A DNA stretch of 64,000 nt, taken from assembly GCA_963422375.2 (NCBI GenBank), contig OY729428.2:1856001-1920000 (forward strand), given 5' to 3'. The stretch comes from Bryobacterales bacterium. GTDB lineage: Bacteria > Acidobacteriota > Terriglobia > Bryobacterales > UBA6623. Within the stretch, counting starts at the first letter, position 1. Every line of letters starts with the position of its first letter. The notes below the pieces were generated by a model. That model saw only the letters and a program-made list of their open reading frames with translations. It was not told the DNA's origin and did no database searches. Made by a program: the position numbers and the translations under genes. Below, piece by piece: positions 1-10,646 of the stretch.

Positions 1-1
1 C

Positions 2-52
2 GCGGAGGTCGCGGCGATGGAGACGGCCGTCCGCAATGCGATGAAGCGCTGA
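2..52 (+). CDS. Probable 3' end of a gene entering the window (…AEVAAMETAVRNAMKR*)
   Basis: Open frame from the window edge to TGA at 50-52 with GC-rich third positions; too short to identify. Confidence 0.3.
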   Translation, partial: AEVAAMETAVRNAMKR

Positions 53-251
53 AGTGAGCGTGCGGCGCGCGGGTGCCGGAACTGCGCCCGATTGGACGCT
101 GCATGTCTCCGCGCCCGTCCGAGGCAGGGAATAGCCGGGAAATGGCTCGGCTCTCGGATCTGCTGCTACGCGCCCCGTAGGGTCTAGGCTAGCCGGGTGA
201 TTCCGTGTCGGCGATGCCGTCTGCGACGATGTACACTTGCCGGTGCGCGCC

Positions 252-1868
252 ATGAAGAGCTACGCGGCAGGCCCTACGATTCCTCTGCTCGGCAAGCCGA
301 TCGGCGAGGTTTTCGATGACACCGTGGCGGCACATCCCGACAGGGAGGCGCTGGTCTCCCGGCACCAGTGCTTGCGGCTGACCTTCCGCGAGCTCGCGGA
401 ACAGGTCGAACGGACCGCGGCCGGGCTCTGGGGGCTGGGCATCCGCCCGGGCGACCGCGTCGGGATGTGGGCCTCCAGCTGCGCCGAGTGGATTTACCTG
501 CAAGTCGCGACCGCCAAGATCGGCGCGATCCTCGTCAACGTCAATCCTGCCTACCGTGCGCACGACCTCTCCTACATCCTCGAGCGCTCGGCGATGAAGG
601 CGATCTTCCTGCACGAGAGGGACGCGCGGGTCAGCTACGCCGAAGTGCTGGAGCAAGCCTGTGAGGAAGGTCCGCAGTCGCTCTCTGCGTCCGTGCTCCT
701 CGGTACGGAGCAGTGGCGAGCGATGCTCGACGCCGGTGTCCGCCCCGAGCCCGGCCCTCGGCACCGGGACGACGTCGTCAACATTCAGTACACCTCGGGC
801 ACGACCGGCAGTCCCAAGGGCGTCCTCCTGACCCACCGCAACATCGCCAACAACGCCTACTTGGTGGGACGCGGGATCGATTGGAAGTCCGCGGACAGCC
901 TCTGCCTCCCGGTGCCGCTGTACCACTGCTTCGGCTGCGTGCTCGGGTCGTTGCAGGCGATCGTGTTCGGCGCGAAGCTGGTCCTGCCCTCCGCCCAGTT
1001 CGATCCGCTGGCCGTCCTGCGCGCCATCCACGAGGAACGCTGCACGACCGTGTACGGCGTTCCCACGATGTTCATCGCCGAACTCAACCATCTCGAGTTC
1101 GCCCGATTCGATACATCCAGCCTTCGCACCGGGATCATGGCGGGTTCGCCCTGTCCGGTCGAGCTGATGAAACGGGTCGTGAGCGAGATGCATTGCGAGG
1201 AAATGACGATCGCCTACGGCCTGACCGAAGCTTCGCCGGCCATCACGCAAAGCATGTGCGACGACTCTCTCGACGTGCGTACCAGCACCGTAGGCCGGGC
1301 CATGCCCTGCACGGAAGTGAAGGTTGTCGACCGCGAGACCGGCGAGACCGTCGATGTCGGAACGCAGGGCGAGCTGCTGGCAAGAGGCTACCTCGTGATG
1401 AAGGGCTACGACAACGATCCCGAGAACACAGCGCGCGCCGTCGATAGCGAAGGCTGGCTGCGGACCGGCGACCTAGCGACCATGCGCGAGGACGGCAACT
1501 TCCGTATCACCGGTCGCGCCAAGGAGATGATCATTCGCGGCGGGGAGAACATCTATCCCCGCGAGATCGAGGAGTACCTGCACGGGCACCCCGATATCGC
1601 CGACGTTTACGTGGTCGGGGTGCCGGACGAGCGCCTCGGGGAGCGGCTTCTTGCTTGGATCAAGGTTCGCGACGGCAGCGAGCTGACGGAGGAGGGCGTC
1701 AAGGCCTACTGCCGCGGCCGGATCGCGCACTTCAAGGTTCCGGAGTACGTCCGCTTCGTCGACGGATTCCCGATGACGGTGACAGGCAAGGTCCAGAAGT
1801 TCGTCATGCGGCAGCGCGAGATCGAGCTGCGCGGGCTCGCCCGGCCGGCCGGCCTAGTGACCGCCTGA
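252..1868 (+). CDS. AMP-binding acyl-CoA synthetase (fatty-acid--CoA ligase family)
   Basis: Adenylate-forming motifs QYTSGTTGSPKG, YGLTE, LRTGDL, GRAKEMIIRGGENIYP and C-terminal TGKVQK; ATG at 252 preferred over TTG at 237. Confidence 0.92.
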   Translation: MKSYAAGPTIPLLGKPIGEVFDDTVAAHPDREALVSRHQCLRLTFRELAEQVERTAAGLWGLGIRPGDRVGMWASSCAEWIYLQVATAKIGAILVNVNPAYRAHDLSYILERSAMKAIFLHERDARVSYAEVLEQACEEGPQSLSASVLLGTEQWRAMLDAGVRPEPGPRHRDDVVNIQYTSGTTGSPKGVLLTHRNIANNAYLVGRGIDWKSADSLCLPVPLYHCFGCVLGSLQAIVFGAKLVLPSAQFDPLAVLRAIHEERCTTVYGVPTMFIAELNHLEFARFDTSSLRTGIMAGSPCPVELMKRVVSEMHCEEMTIAYGLTEASPAITQSMCDDSLDVRTSTVGRAMPCTEVKVVDRETGETVDVGTQGELLARGYLVMKGYDNDPENTARAVDSEGWLRTGDLATMREDGNFRITGRAKEMIIRGGENIYPREIEEYLHGHPDIADVYVVGVPDERLGERLLAWIKVRDGSELTEEGVKAYCRGRIAHFKVPEYVRFVDGFPMTVTGKVQKFVMRQREIELRGLARPAGLVTA

Positions 1869-1897
1869 GCCGGTCCGTGGCCGGGACAGCCGCTCGG

Positions 1898-4800
1898 TCA
1901 GCCGCCCTGCAGGCGCGCTTGGTCGAGCACCCACTCGCGAATCACTTGGTAGCTGGGGTCGTCGGGCTCGTAGCGCACGCCTCCCTGATGTCCGTCCTCC
2001 TCGCCCGACTGGATGTTCAGGGGCTTGCGCAGGAACTTGCTTCGCTCTACGTCGTGCAGGTCCACGCGCTGCTGCATGCGGCGGTAGTTCCCCAGAAGCG
2101 CCTCCGGTGGAATGTAGCCCGCGGCGTCCGGAGCCTCTAGATACAGCGTCGGCACGCGGCCCGGCACGCCGTGGCATGAAATGCAGGCGCGGTTATCTCT
2201 CGGGTCGATCCGGGTCAGCTCGGTGAAGACGTAGTCGCGGAAGCGGATCAAGTCGGCGATCCACTCGTCCGAGTCGCCGAGCGGACGGACTTCGCCCGAC
2301 TGCTGCTCGGCACTCTGCTCCCGGATGAGACCGCGTAGCCGCCGACCGTAAATCTTGTCGTCGCTGTTGAGAATATTCTCGATGCGCGTGCGGTAGACCG
2401 GGCTGGGCTCGTGTTCGAACCAGGCGCTCAGGGCCTTGAGCACTTCCGGGTGGCGTCGCAGGGCGGTCTTGTTCGCTAGGTTGATCGCCTGCTTGCGCAC
2501 GTCCTCCGGCGTGTCCGCGGAGAACCAGGATGTGAACATTCCGACGAGCCGGTCCTTGGCTTCGACTATCGGGTCGATCACGTCGATGCCGAGATCGTCC
2601 TTCGTGAAGAGAGAGCCCGAGCTCTCGCCGGGCACGAGCTTTACGTAGTCCAGCCCGAAGATGTAGTTCTTCTCGGCGTCCAGGTTGGCCCCCGTCATAC
2701 GGAACCCGAGGCGGTTCGCGCCGGCCTCGAACTGGTGGACGCCGAGCGACACCGGTCCCGGGGCCGTCAGGTCGGGGCGGTAGTAGTCGATCGGATCGCC
2801 GATCGGATCGCCGTTCAGGACGGGCTGGACGATCCCCATCTCGCGGTCGTGGAGAAACGCCGCGACGATCTCGTAGGGCCCGGCCTCGGGCGCCTCGACC
2901 CCGAATTCCAGGCGGTCTCCGGGCAAGCCCTCGCGCCACCACAGGATGGTGTTGCGGCTGGTCAGGCCGTCCGGCACCAGCTGCTCGGTGGTTCGCCCCC
3001 CGGACAGCTCCAGGACCGTCAGCTCTTCCGCCTCGGTCGCGCCCTCGACTGCGTCCTCGAGGGCCGGGCCGCCTTCCTGGAATCGCAGCATCCATTCGGT
3101 CGAAGGCAGCCAGAAAAGCGCGTCCCCGCCGACGTGGTCGAAGGCCGCCCGGCGGTGGAGCGAGGGATTGGCCCCCAGCACCGTGCCCAGCAGCGTCGCG
3201 CGCTCGCTGCGGACGGCGGCGCTGTCCTCAGCGGATGGCGCCGGCCGGCCCAGAAAGCTCGACACGGCCGCTACCGGCCTCGCCTCCTCGCGGGGAACGA
3301 GCAGATCGAAGAAATCCCGCTCGGCGTCGGCGTCGCCCTCCGGGAACTCCCACCGGACCCTCGACAGGAACCGCACCAGCGCATCGGCGTCGTCCCTGCG
3401 CCCGGTCGCCAGGAAGGCGTCGAGCTTGGCGAGCAGCGGGCGGATCGTGTTCCGCGAGGCGCTGAGCCGCAAGGCGCTCGGGTTGGCTAGGGCCTTGGCC
3501 GCGGCGGCGACCTGCTCGAGGTCGTCGCTTTGCAGCAGGCCTAGAAGGTGCTCTTGCAGAGGCAGGAAGTTGACGTTGGCCGCGCCCTGCAGCGCGATCG
3601 ACTGCCAAGGGGCCGCCCCGCTGTCGTCGCGGTCCCGGTACACACTCAGAAGGATGTCGCCCAGCAGCTGCGTGGCGCCGGGCGTCGAGTAGCCGAGCTG
3701 GCCAGGACCGCCGTCGTTGCCGCGCTCTTGGAAGTGCGTCGCTGCCACCGCGGCCAGCCGCTGCTCGAACAGGTCCCGGCGGTCCCCGGCGCCGCTCCGG
3801 GCGGAGGCCAGCATGCGGTACAGATCCTCCAGCTCGCGGTACTGCTGCTCGCGGTTGCCGACGCCAGTTTGGTTCGCGATCTGCCCGTTGACGATCAGCA
3901 GCGAGGCGGTGGAGTAGCGCAGCGCGTTCTCGGCGTGGGCGCTGGCCTCCTCGGTCAGCAGCGCCCGCACCCAGGCCTTGTTGATGCGCTGGCGCAGCGG
4001 CGGGTTCCAGACCCACCAGTGCCACGCTGCCTTGAAGGCGTAGGCCCTGACTCCGGCGAAGGGGTCGCGCATGGCCCGGGCGAGGAGATCCGCGAGCGCG
4101 TTGCGGTCCGCCTGCGAGCCAGGTCCGACTAAGTCGACCCGCATCACCAGCGCTTGCAGGAGCGACTGCCGCGTGCGCTCGTCGCCGCTCCGGTAGGCCG
4201 CGAACACAGCGGGCCAGCCTTGATCGTCGATCAGCAGCTGGCGCAGCGACCAGAAGGCAGCCTCGCGGCAGGCCTTGACCGGGTCGGAAAGCCCCGTCAC
4301 CAAGGCCGGGATTCCGCTCGGCGCGAGCGCGCCTCCCAAGCCGAGGTAGGCGAAGTAGCGCACTTGGGGCAGCGGGTCGTCCGCGACGTCCAGCATCAGG
4401 TCGGCTAGGTCGGCCCGGCCCGTCGATTGCAGGGCGCGCACCCGCGACAGCCTCTCTAAGGGCGTCTCGCCCGGGAGCGGCTCGAAGTCGCTCCGCTCGA
4501 ACGGCTTGGCGTCACCCGGGAAAAGCCTGCTCAGTGCCCGGACCACGTAGGCGTTGGTCACGAATCCGGTCTGGGCCGACCGGTTCCACAGGCCGTATTC
4601 GAACTGCGCCCGCAGCAGCCAGTCGACAGCCCGCCGGACCGGCGGGCTGTCGGGGCCGTGCCCGGCCGCTCGCAGCGCGAGCAGCGCGACCGCCGTCGGA
4701 GCGGGATCTCCCGGCTCGTCGATGCGGGACCACGTGTCGGCGGATTCGTCGTGGACGCCGAGATCGAAGCCCCACGAGCCGTCTTCCTGCTGCAGCGCGA

Positions 4801-6742
4801 GGAGCCGGCGGAGGTCTCGCCCGACTTGGCGCTGGAAGCCGGGCAATAGCTCGGCATAGCGCTTGCCGAGTTCCGATGCGGGATCCAGCTCCGCAAGCTC
4901 GCTGCGAGGCAGCAGGTCGTGGAAGAACTCGATGCGGTGGCCCAGATCGTCGGAGACCTTGATCTGCACGTCCCCCGTCGACACGATCTTCTCGGCCTTC
5001 TCGAGTACGCCCGCGAGGTATCTCTCCTCGCCGCTGTCGCGCCAGGCGCGCTCGAGGATCTCGGCGGCGAACTTGAACACGACGTTGGGGCCGAAGTTCG
5101 ATCCCTTGCCTGCGGCGTTGATTCCCCCCGGGTCGGCCGTCTGCAGCACGTAGTTGGCGGTCCTGCGCTGCTGGTAGGAGTGCAGGCGCTTCGGCTCGAA
5201 CGTGCGCTCGTGCAGCACGACGTTGCGTCCGGCGACGCGGCTCCCGGCCGGGGCGTCGCCCAGATCGTTCGGCGCGAGCGAGGTGTTGACTGCCGCGTCG
5301 ACCAGGTGGTTGGTCGGGCGCAGGCTCTCGTACATCGTGTTGACCAGGCGGCGGTGATTCTGGATCGTTCCGTCGGGCCGGTAGCCGTGTCGCAGCGCGT
5401 CGGCTACGCCCCACACTCCGCTCTGCGTGTGGCAGCTCATGCAGTTCTCGCCGAAAAGGCTCGATCCGTCCCGCACTCGCCGATGGACGGCGATATTCCT
5501 GGGGCGGTGGATCAGCCACGCGTCGATCTCGGCTAGGTGGTAGTAGATGGATTGCTTGAGAGCGCGCTGGGGCGTCTCGTAGGGAGCCGGATCCACGAGC
5601 CGGACCTCCAGCTCGTAACCGGGCTGGTTCGCTTCCACGCGCAGGAAGTAGGTCCCGCCCGGCTGGACCCGACGCGTCACGAACGAGCGGAAGTTGTCGT
5701 CCTGCTGGTGAATCCTCTCATTGACGTCCCGGCCGTCGTAGTAGGTGTAGACCGGTACCGGCCCCGGGATCGCCTCGGTGTCCGGGTGGATGTAGGGGAC
5801 GGCGTTGTTGTTTCCGAAGTCCTCTCGCTGGGCCGCCTTGCGCGGCTTGAGCTCCTCCGGTGTCGGGACGCCCGGCTTATAGATGCGGATCCTGGCGCTG
5901 ACGACCGGGTCGGGCAACTGCAGGTTCGCCGTGAACAGCTTGACGCGGTCGCCGCGATACTCCAGCCGGTACCAATCGTCCGGCGACCTGCCGGAGTCGG
6001 CGTTGTCGAAGTACTCGAGGTCGTCGGCCCCGCCTACCACGCGCAGCACTTGGTCGCCGCTGCCCGGCAGGAAGGGAAGCTTGACGGCGTGCTCGGGCTC
6101 GTTGTTCGGCTCGGTCTCGAGAACGATGTCGCGGGCCTGGGTGGCCTCCACCAAGTCGACGTCGACGCGAATCTCGGCGCCTTGGATTGGGGGTGTTCGG
6201 GTCGGCTTGACCGCGGCGAGGGACGCGAGTCCCGTGTCGCGGTGGTACTGCGACAGAGCCTGCTCGCGGTTCACCACTGTCTCGAGCCGGAGCTCGTACC
6301 GTCCGGGAACGGGGGCCCTGTACAGCAGGTACACGTCTGGGTCGAGGGCGTGGAGGATCTTCGTCCACCCGTTGTCTATGCCGGTCACTAGGTCGCCGCG
6401 CCGCTCGGGCCCAGCCGTGTCGTCCGTGGGCGGGCCGCTCCAGCGGGCCTCGATCCTGGCGTTGTCCGGGAGGCGGCCCGGGCTCACGATGCCGACTCGG
6501 ATCTGCACCGTCTGGAGGGACTCGAGGTCCCACGCCTTGGACCACGATCCGTTGAATTCAACGGTCTCCCCTGAAGCCCGCGCCGGAGCGAGACAGCACA
6601 ATGCGGCCGCGACCAACACGGCCGGGCCGATGCCGAACGATGAGTGGCTCGCTGCGGGCCTGCTCCGACACTCAATGGGCGCTCCCTCGAGCGCCGGGCG
6701 CGGGATCGAATGGCAAGCAGAGAGAAGGCTTCGTATCGGCAT
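1898..6742 (-). CDS. Large exported multidomain protein: two CxxCH motifs, prenyltransferase/squalene-cyclase-like repeats, HEAT-like repeats, beta-sandwich domain
   Basis: 1614-aa ORF; hydrophobic signal-like segment; CMSCH and CISCH; LLALQQEDGSWG and WLLRAQFEYGLW repeats; HEAT-like DPLPQVR/DPVKACREAA/DPFAGVRAYA; true start may lie slightly downstream. Confidence 0.8.
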   Translation of the reverse strand: MPIRSLLSACHSIPRPALEGAPIECRSRPAASHSSFGIGPAVLVAAALCCLAPARASGETVEFNGSWSKAWDLESLQTVQIRVGIVSPGRLPDNARIEARWSGPPTDDTAGPERRGDLVTGIDNGWTKILHALDPDVYLLYRAPVPGRYELRLETVVNREQALSQYHRDTGLASLAAVKPTRTPPIQGAEIRVDVDLVEATQARDIVLETEPNNEPEHAVKLPFLPGSGDQVLRVVGGADDLEYFDNADSGRSPDDWYRLEYRGDRVKLFTANLQLPDPVVSARIRIYKPGVPTPEELKPRKAAQREDFGNNNAVPYIHPDTEAIPGPVPVYTYYDGRDVNERIHQQDDNFRSFVTRRVQPGGTYFLRVEANQPGYELEVRLVDPAPYETPQRALKQSIYYHLAEIDAWLIHRPRNIAVHRRVRDGSSLFGENCMSCHTQSGVWGVADALRHGYRPDGTIQNHRRLVNTMYESLRPTNHLVDAAVNTSLAPNDLGDAPAGSRVAGRNVVLHERTFEPKRLHSYQQRRTANYVLQTADPGGINAAGKGSNFGPNVVFKFAAEILERAWRDSGEERYLAGVLEKAEKIVSTGDVQIKVSDDLGHRIEFFHDLLPRSELAELDPASELGKRYAELLPGFQRQVGRDLRRLLALQQEDGSWGFDLGVHDESADTWSRIDEPGDPAPTAVALLALRAAGHGPDSPPVRRAVDWLLRAQFEYGLWNRSAQTGFVTNAYVVRALSRLFPGDAKPFERSDFEPLPGETPLERLSRVRALQSTGRADLADLMLDVADDPLPQVRYFAYLGLGGALAPSGIPALVTGLSDPVKACREAAFWSLRQLLIDDQGWPAVFAAYRSGDERTRQSLLQALVMRVDLVGPGSQADRNALADLLARAMRDPFAGVRAYAFKAAWHWWVWNPPLRQRINKAWVRALLTEEASAHAENALRYSTASLLIVNGQIANQTGVGNREQQYRELEDLYRMLASARSGAGDRRDLFEQRLAAVAATHFQERGNDGGPGQLGYSTPGATQLLGDILLSVYRDRDDSGAAPWQSIALQGAANVNFLPLQEHLLGLLQSDDLEQVAAAAKALANPSALRLSASRNTIRPLLAKLDAFLATGRRDDADALVRFLSRVRWEFPEGDADAERDFFDLLVPREEARPVAAVSSFLGRPAPSAEDSAAVRSERATLLGTVLGANPSLHRRAAFDHVGGDALFWLPSTEWMLRFQEGGPALEDAVEGATEAEELTVLELSGGRTTEQLVPDGLTSRNTILWWREGLPGDRLEFGVEAPEAGPYEIVAAFLHDREMGIVQPVLNGDPIGDPIDYYRPDLTAPGPVSLGVHQFEAGANRLGFRMTGANLDAEKNYIFGLDYVKLVPGESSGSLFTKDDLGIDVIDPIVEAKDRLVGMFTSWFSADTPEDVRKQAINLANKTALRRHPEVLKALSAWFEHEPSPVYRTRIENILNSDDKIYGRRLRGLIREQSAEQQSGEVRPLGDSDEWIADLIRFRDYVFTELTRIDPRDNRACISCHGVPGRVPTLYLEAPDAAGYIPPEALLGNYRRMQQRVDLHDVERSKFLRKPLNIQSGEEDGHQGGVRYEPDDPSYQVIREWVLDQARLQGG

Positions 6743-6913
6743 GATCGCGATTTGCCCGGGCGTCTCCGCTTCGCGGCCGCGCTGCGCCTCCCGCGATTTT
6801 GGCCGGCTGCGAGAGGGACGCCGTCCTGACCGTTTTCGCAGTCTATTATATCCGCGCCTATATCCGCGCCGGACGCTGTCCGGCGCGCGCAGCGCCGCTG
6901 CCGCTACCGACGC

Positions 6914-7978
6914 CTAGCGGACTCTGGCGCCGAGCCTGGCCGCGATGTCGGTGGCGATCTGGCCTCCGTGGAATCGCCCGTTCTCGATGAATATCTCGTT
7001 GGTGTGCATGCCCGCCACGACAACCCCGGCGAGATAGACCCCGGGACGGTCGCTCTCCAGCGTCTCGGGGTTCGTGCGCGGCTTGCGGGCGCTCTCGTCG
7101 AACACGATCCCGACGCTCGCGAGGAACTCGGTGTCGGGCTGGTAGCCAGTCATCGCGAGGACGAAGTCGTTCGGGATCATGACTGGGCCCTGGGGTGTGT
7201 CGAGATGCAGGGCCTGCGGCTCTATCCTCGCGACGCGGGTTCCCAGATACGCCCGTATCTCGCCGTGCTTGATACGGTTCGAGATGTCCGGCATGATCCA
7301 GTACTTGATCTTCGGGCTAAGCTGGGGCTGGCGGTGGATCAGCGTCACGCGGGCGCCGGAGCGATAGCACTCCAAGGCGCAGATGGCAGCGGAATTCTGT
7401 CCGCCTATCACGGCAAGATCGCAGTCGTAGAACGGATGCGGCTCGCGGTAGTAGTGGCGGACCTTGGGCAGGTCTTCGCCTGGCACGCCCATGCGAACTG
7501 GGATGTCGTAGAAGCCGGTCGCGAGGATGACCTTCCGCGCCGCGTACTGACGCGCTCGCCCGGTCCGGTCCGTGGATGAGACGAGGAAGTCTCCGTCCGT
7601 GCCCGTCACGGTCCGGACCCGCTCGTACTGGTTGATGTCGAGCCCGAAATGGCTCGCGACCCGGCGGTAGTACTTCAGCGCTTCGCCGCGAGTCGGCTTC
7701 TCGCGGACAGCCGTCATCGGGATGTCGCCGATCTCGAGAAGTTCGGGCGTGGTGAAGAAGGTGAGGTTCGTGGGGTAGCTGTAAAGCGAGTTGACGACGC
7801 AGCCTTTCTCGATCGTTTTTACCCGGAATCCCGCCTTCTGCACCTCGATCGCGCAAGCCAAGCCAGTCGGCCCAGCGCCGACCACAATCACGTCGACCGA
7901 CTCGTCTGGCACCGCGCGCGGCAACTCCCAGTATAGGAAGGGCTCGGCCGTCGGGCCTGCCACCGGCGCGTGGGACAC
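6914..7978 (-). CDS. ypdA: YpdA-family FAD/NADPH oxidoreductase (putative bacillithiol disulfide reductase)
   Basis: GAGPTG FAD motif, IEKGCVVNSLYSYP, FFTTPELLEIG, KPTRGEALKYY, GGQNSA, FIENGRFHG. Confidence 0.88.
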   Translation of the reverse strand: MSHAPVAGPTAEPFLYWELPRAVPDESVDVIVVGAGPTGLACAIEVQKAGFRVKTIEKGCVVNSLYSYPTNLTFFTTPELLEIGDIPMTAVREKPTRGEALKYYRRVASHFGLDINQYERVRTVTGTDGDFLVSSTDRTGRARQYAARKVILATGFYDIPVRMGVPGEDLPKVRHYYREPHPFYDCDLAVIGGQNSAAICALECYRSGARVTLIHRQPQLSPKIKYWIMPDISNRIKHGEIRAYLGTRVARIEPQALHLDTPQGPVMIPNDFVLAMTGYQPDTEFLASVGIVFDESARKPRTNPETLESDRPGVYLAGVVVAGMHTNEIFIENGRFHGGQIATDIAARLGARVR

Positions 7979-8019
7979 TATACGGGCGCGGTGCCCGGCA
8001 CCGGTGCGGGAGGAATGCG

Positions 8020-9189
8020 ATGAAGCGCTTCTTGAACTTGGATCTCATCGCGGGTGTCGCGTGTGCTGCCTCGATTTGCGCGGCGGCCGACTGGGACCGT
8101 CACGTGATCGCCACGGGCTTCCCGTGCCAGACAGTCGTTGCGGCCGACTTCACCGGGGACGGTCGGCCCGACGTGGTCGCCGACGCGCACGGCGAGACGC
8201 ACCTCTACGTCGCCCCCGACTGGAAGAAGGTCGTGATCGACGGGAAGTGGCCCTTCCGGTCTGGCGAGCGCAACACGATTCACAGCGAGGTGATGGACGT
8301 GGACGGCGACGGCGACCCGGACTACATCGGGGCCGTGTATTCGCCCGGCCCGGTGTTCTGGCTGGAGCGTCCCGACGATCCCCTGCGCGACCGCTGGACG
8401 ATGCGCATCGTCGACGGGGAGGTCAACGGCACGCACGGCTTGGTCACGGGGGACATTGACGGCGACGGCAGCACGGACTTGGCGGGCAACAGCGCGCAGC
8501 CCAAGGATGCCTACCCCAATTCGCTCGTCTGGTGGCGCGTGCCCGAGAACCCCCGCTCGGCGGAAGCCTGGGTCCGCTACGTTCTCGCGGACCAGGACGC
8601 GCCCGGCCTGAGCCACTATCTCGGCATCGGGGATCTGGACGGTGACGGCAGGGCGGACGTGGTGTCCGCCGGCAAGGACGCCGTGACGGGTGGAGGGAAC
8701 TGGTTCGCCTGGTGGAAGCAGCCTGCGGGCGGATCGACGCCATGGCTGAAGCGGACCATCGCCGTCAACCAGACCGGTGCCACGAACGCGCTGCCCGCCG
8801 ACCTCAATGGCGACGGCGCGATCGATATCTTCGCGACGCGGGGCCATGGCAGGGGAGTGCTCTGGTTCGAGGGACCCGACTTCGCGCTGCATGAGATCGA
8901 CGGCGACCTTCAGGGGCCCCACGACTTGGCGATCGGCGACATCGACGGGGACGGCGACACCGACGGCGTAACCTGCGGGAAGGACAGCTTCGAGGTCGCT
9001 TGGTACGAGAACGACGGCCGAGGTACGTTCCGGAAGCACGTGATCCACGATGACCAGGCGGCCTACGACATCCGGCTGGCGGACATGGACGGCGACGGCG
9101 ATCTTGACGTGCTGGTAGCCGGCCAGAATTCGCGGAACGTCGTCTGGTACGAGAACGCGGTCTCGCTTCGTGAGACCGCGAACCGCTAG
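8020..9189 (+). CDS. Secreted FG-GAP/VCBS-repeat beta-propeller protein
   Basis: Signal peptide; seven D-x-D/N/T-G-D-G-x-x-D repeats; GAGGA RBS before ATG. Confidence 0.88.
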   Translation: MKRFLNLDLIAGVACAASICAAADWDRHVIATGFPCQTVVAADFTGDGRPDVVADAHGETHLYVAPDWKKVVIDGKWPFRSGERNTIHSEVMDVDGDGDPDYIGAVYSPGPVFWLERPDDPLRDRWTMRIVDGEVNGTHGLVTGDIDGDGSTDLAGNSAQPKDAYPNSLVWWRVPENPRSAEAWVRYVLADQDAPGLSHYLGIGDLDGDGRADVVSAGKDAVTGGGNWFAWWKQPAGGSTPWLKRTIAVNQTGATNALPADLNGDGAIDIFATRGHGRGVLWFEGPDFALHEIDGDLQGPHDLAIGDIDGDGDTDGVTCGKDSFEVAWYENDGRGTFRKHVIHDDQAAYDIRLADMDGDGDLDVLVAGQNSRNVVWYENAVSLRETANR

Positions 9190-9377
9190 GACGAGGCGCT
9201 ACGAACGAAGCCGATCAGAGGCCAAACCAACCAATATCACGTCGGCTAGGACCGGTGGCGATCCGTTCCCACTGTAGTCAACTCCAAGTATCGGCCGGCG
9301 CGATCGTCAAGATCCGAGCTGCCATTTAGCCGCGACCTTACTTCTCGAAGTGGACGCGGAAACCAATGCTTGCAAGA

Positions 9378-9767
9378 CTAAGCTACGTCTGGATCTACCC
9401 CTTGTCTTCTCTCGAAGAGATTTGAGACTGCTAGGTCCTTGCGCGGGAGAATGCGGCTAATCTTGGCCAGTCTAAATCGGTACCGTCCTATTCCAACTCC
9501 TCGAATGATCCATTCGAACCCCTGTGGCTGTATTGCAAGGATGCTTTTAGGAAGCTTTCTTCGAAAGCGAAACGAATAGACCAGATCGTCAAGGTTCTTC
9601 GGGATTTCAATTGCAAGCGATCTTGCGAAGCTAACGATTTCATTTCGATTAAATTCAAGAACTTGAGCGCTATTCACTCGATCAGATTGATGAAAAGTAT
9701 TCTGATTGAAGTGATTGAAGAAACTCGCCTCAATGATCATGGCATAACGGCTCCTAGACTTAGCCAT
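9378..9767 (-). pseudogene. Truncated putative type II restriction endonuclease (N-terminal part only)
   Basis: Low GC; overlaps the stop of the C5-MTase; PKNL(G>D)DLVYSFRFR…EWIIR…GRYRF resembles endonucleases I recall adjacent to C5-MTases; similarity ends after ~115 aa. Confidence 0.6.
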
Positions 9768-10646
9768 GGATTGACATCCTCTCTAGTCTCTCTCGTTCAA
9801 TATCGGCCTGTCTTCGTTTCCGTACGCCACTCTTGCGGTCTATCCTGCCAGAAATCGGCTGAGCCTTGAAAACTTTGGCGGCTTCAGACATAGAAAGAGA
9901 GAGCAGCTTGGCGTCACCGAGGGCCATCGTGTGTCGAGGCCGAACAGGCTGAATGTCAAGTGCTCGAGATACTTCGGTCGCGATGATGCGCCCTAGCGGT
10001 GGCGGGATTGCATTGCCGATCTGCCGAGCTCCGTGCCATTTGGTCCGACTAAATCTATACCAATCCGGGAAACCACGTAGACGTGCCATTTCTCGAACTG
10101 TTATGCACCGCGGGTAGTCATAGTGAATCGACCTTGGACTAGTAAATCCGCCTCGCCTTCGGCCCGAACCCGCTCGAATAGTGTTGGCCACTCCGTTTCG
10201 AGGAAGCTTGAAGAAACGCCTAATTGGCGCCACGGTACCCGGAATTGTCTCGGAAAATCTCTTTCGCGAGATATCTGTGTGCTCAGTTCTTGCACTTGAT
10301 GTAAGAACGGATGGAACCCATTCACGCACATATCCAAAGTGCCAAGAGTCTGAATCAATGCAACGTAATTTGGCGACGTAAGGTGATGGAGTTCCGAGGA
10401 ATTCTATGTTGACACTGTCCGAGAACGATAGATCCGAGAATTGATCGACGTCAGGAATATCTGCCAGGGCATCAGGGCCTGTTGGCTACTAGGTAGGTTA
10501 GATCCATTGTCTTTTCTACCTGAGATCCTGGTAGTATCTTCTGGATATAGCGGAAGTATTTGTCCTCATATTGCCCCAATTAGAATCAACATTTCTCGCG
10601 ACTTTGGTACACCGAACTCTCCTGAATTCAGCACTGTATATGGCTA
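9760..10646 (-). pseudogene. DNA (cytosine-5) methyltransferase pseudogene, C-terminal part
   Basis: Motif VIII-like VLNSGEFGVPKSREMLILIG, then in-frame stops/frameshift, motif IX/X RCITVREMARLRGFPDW…QIGNAIPP; low GC. Confidence 0.85.
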
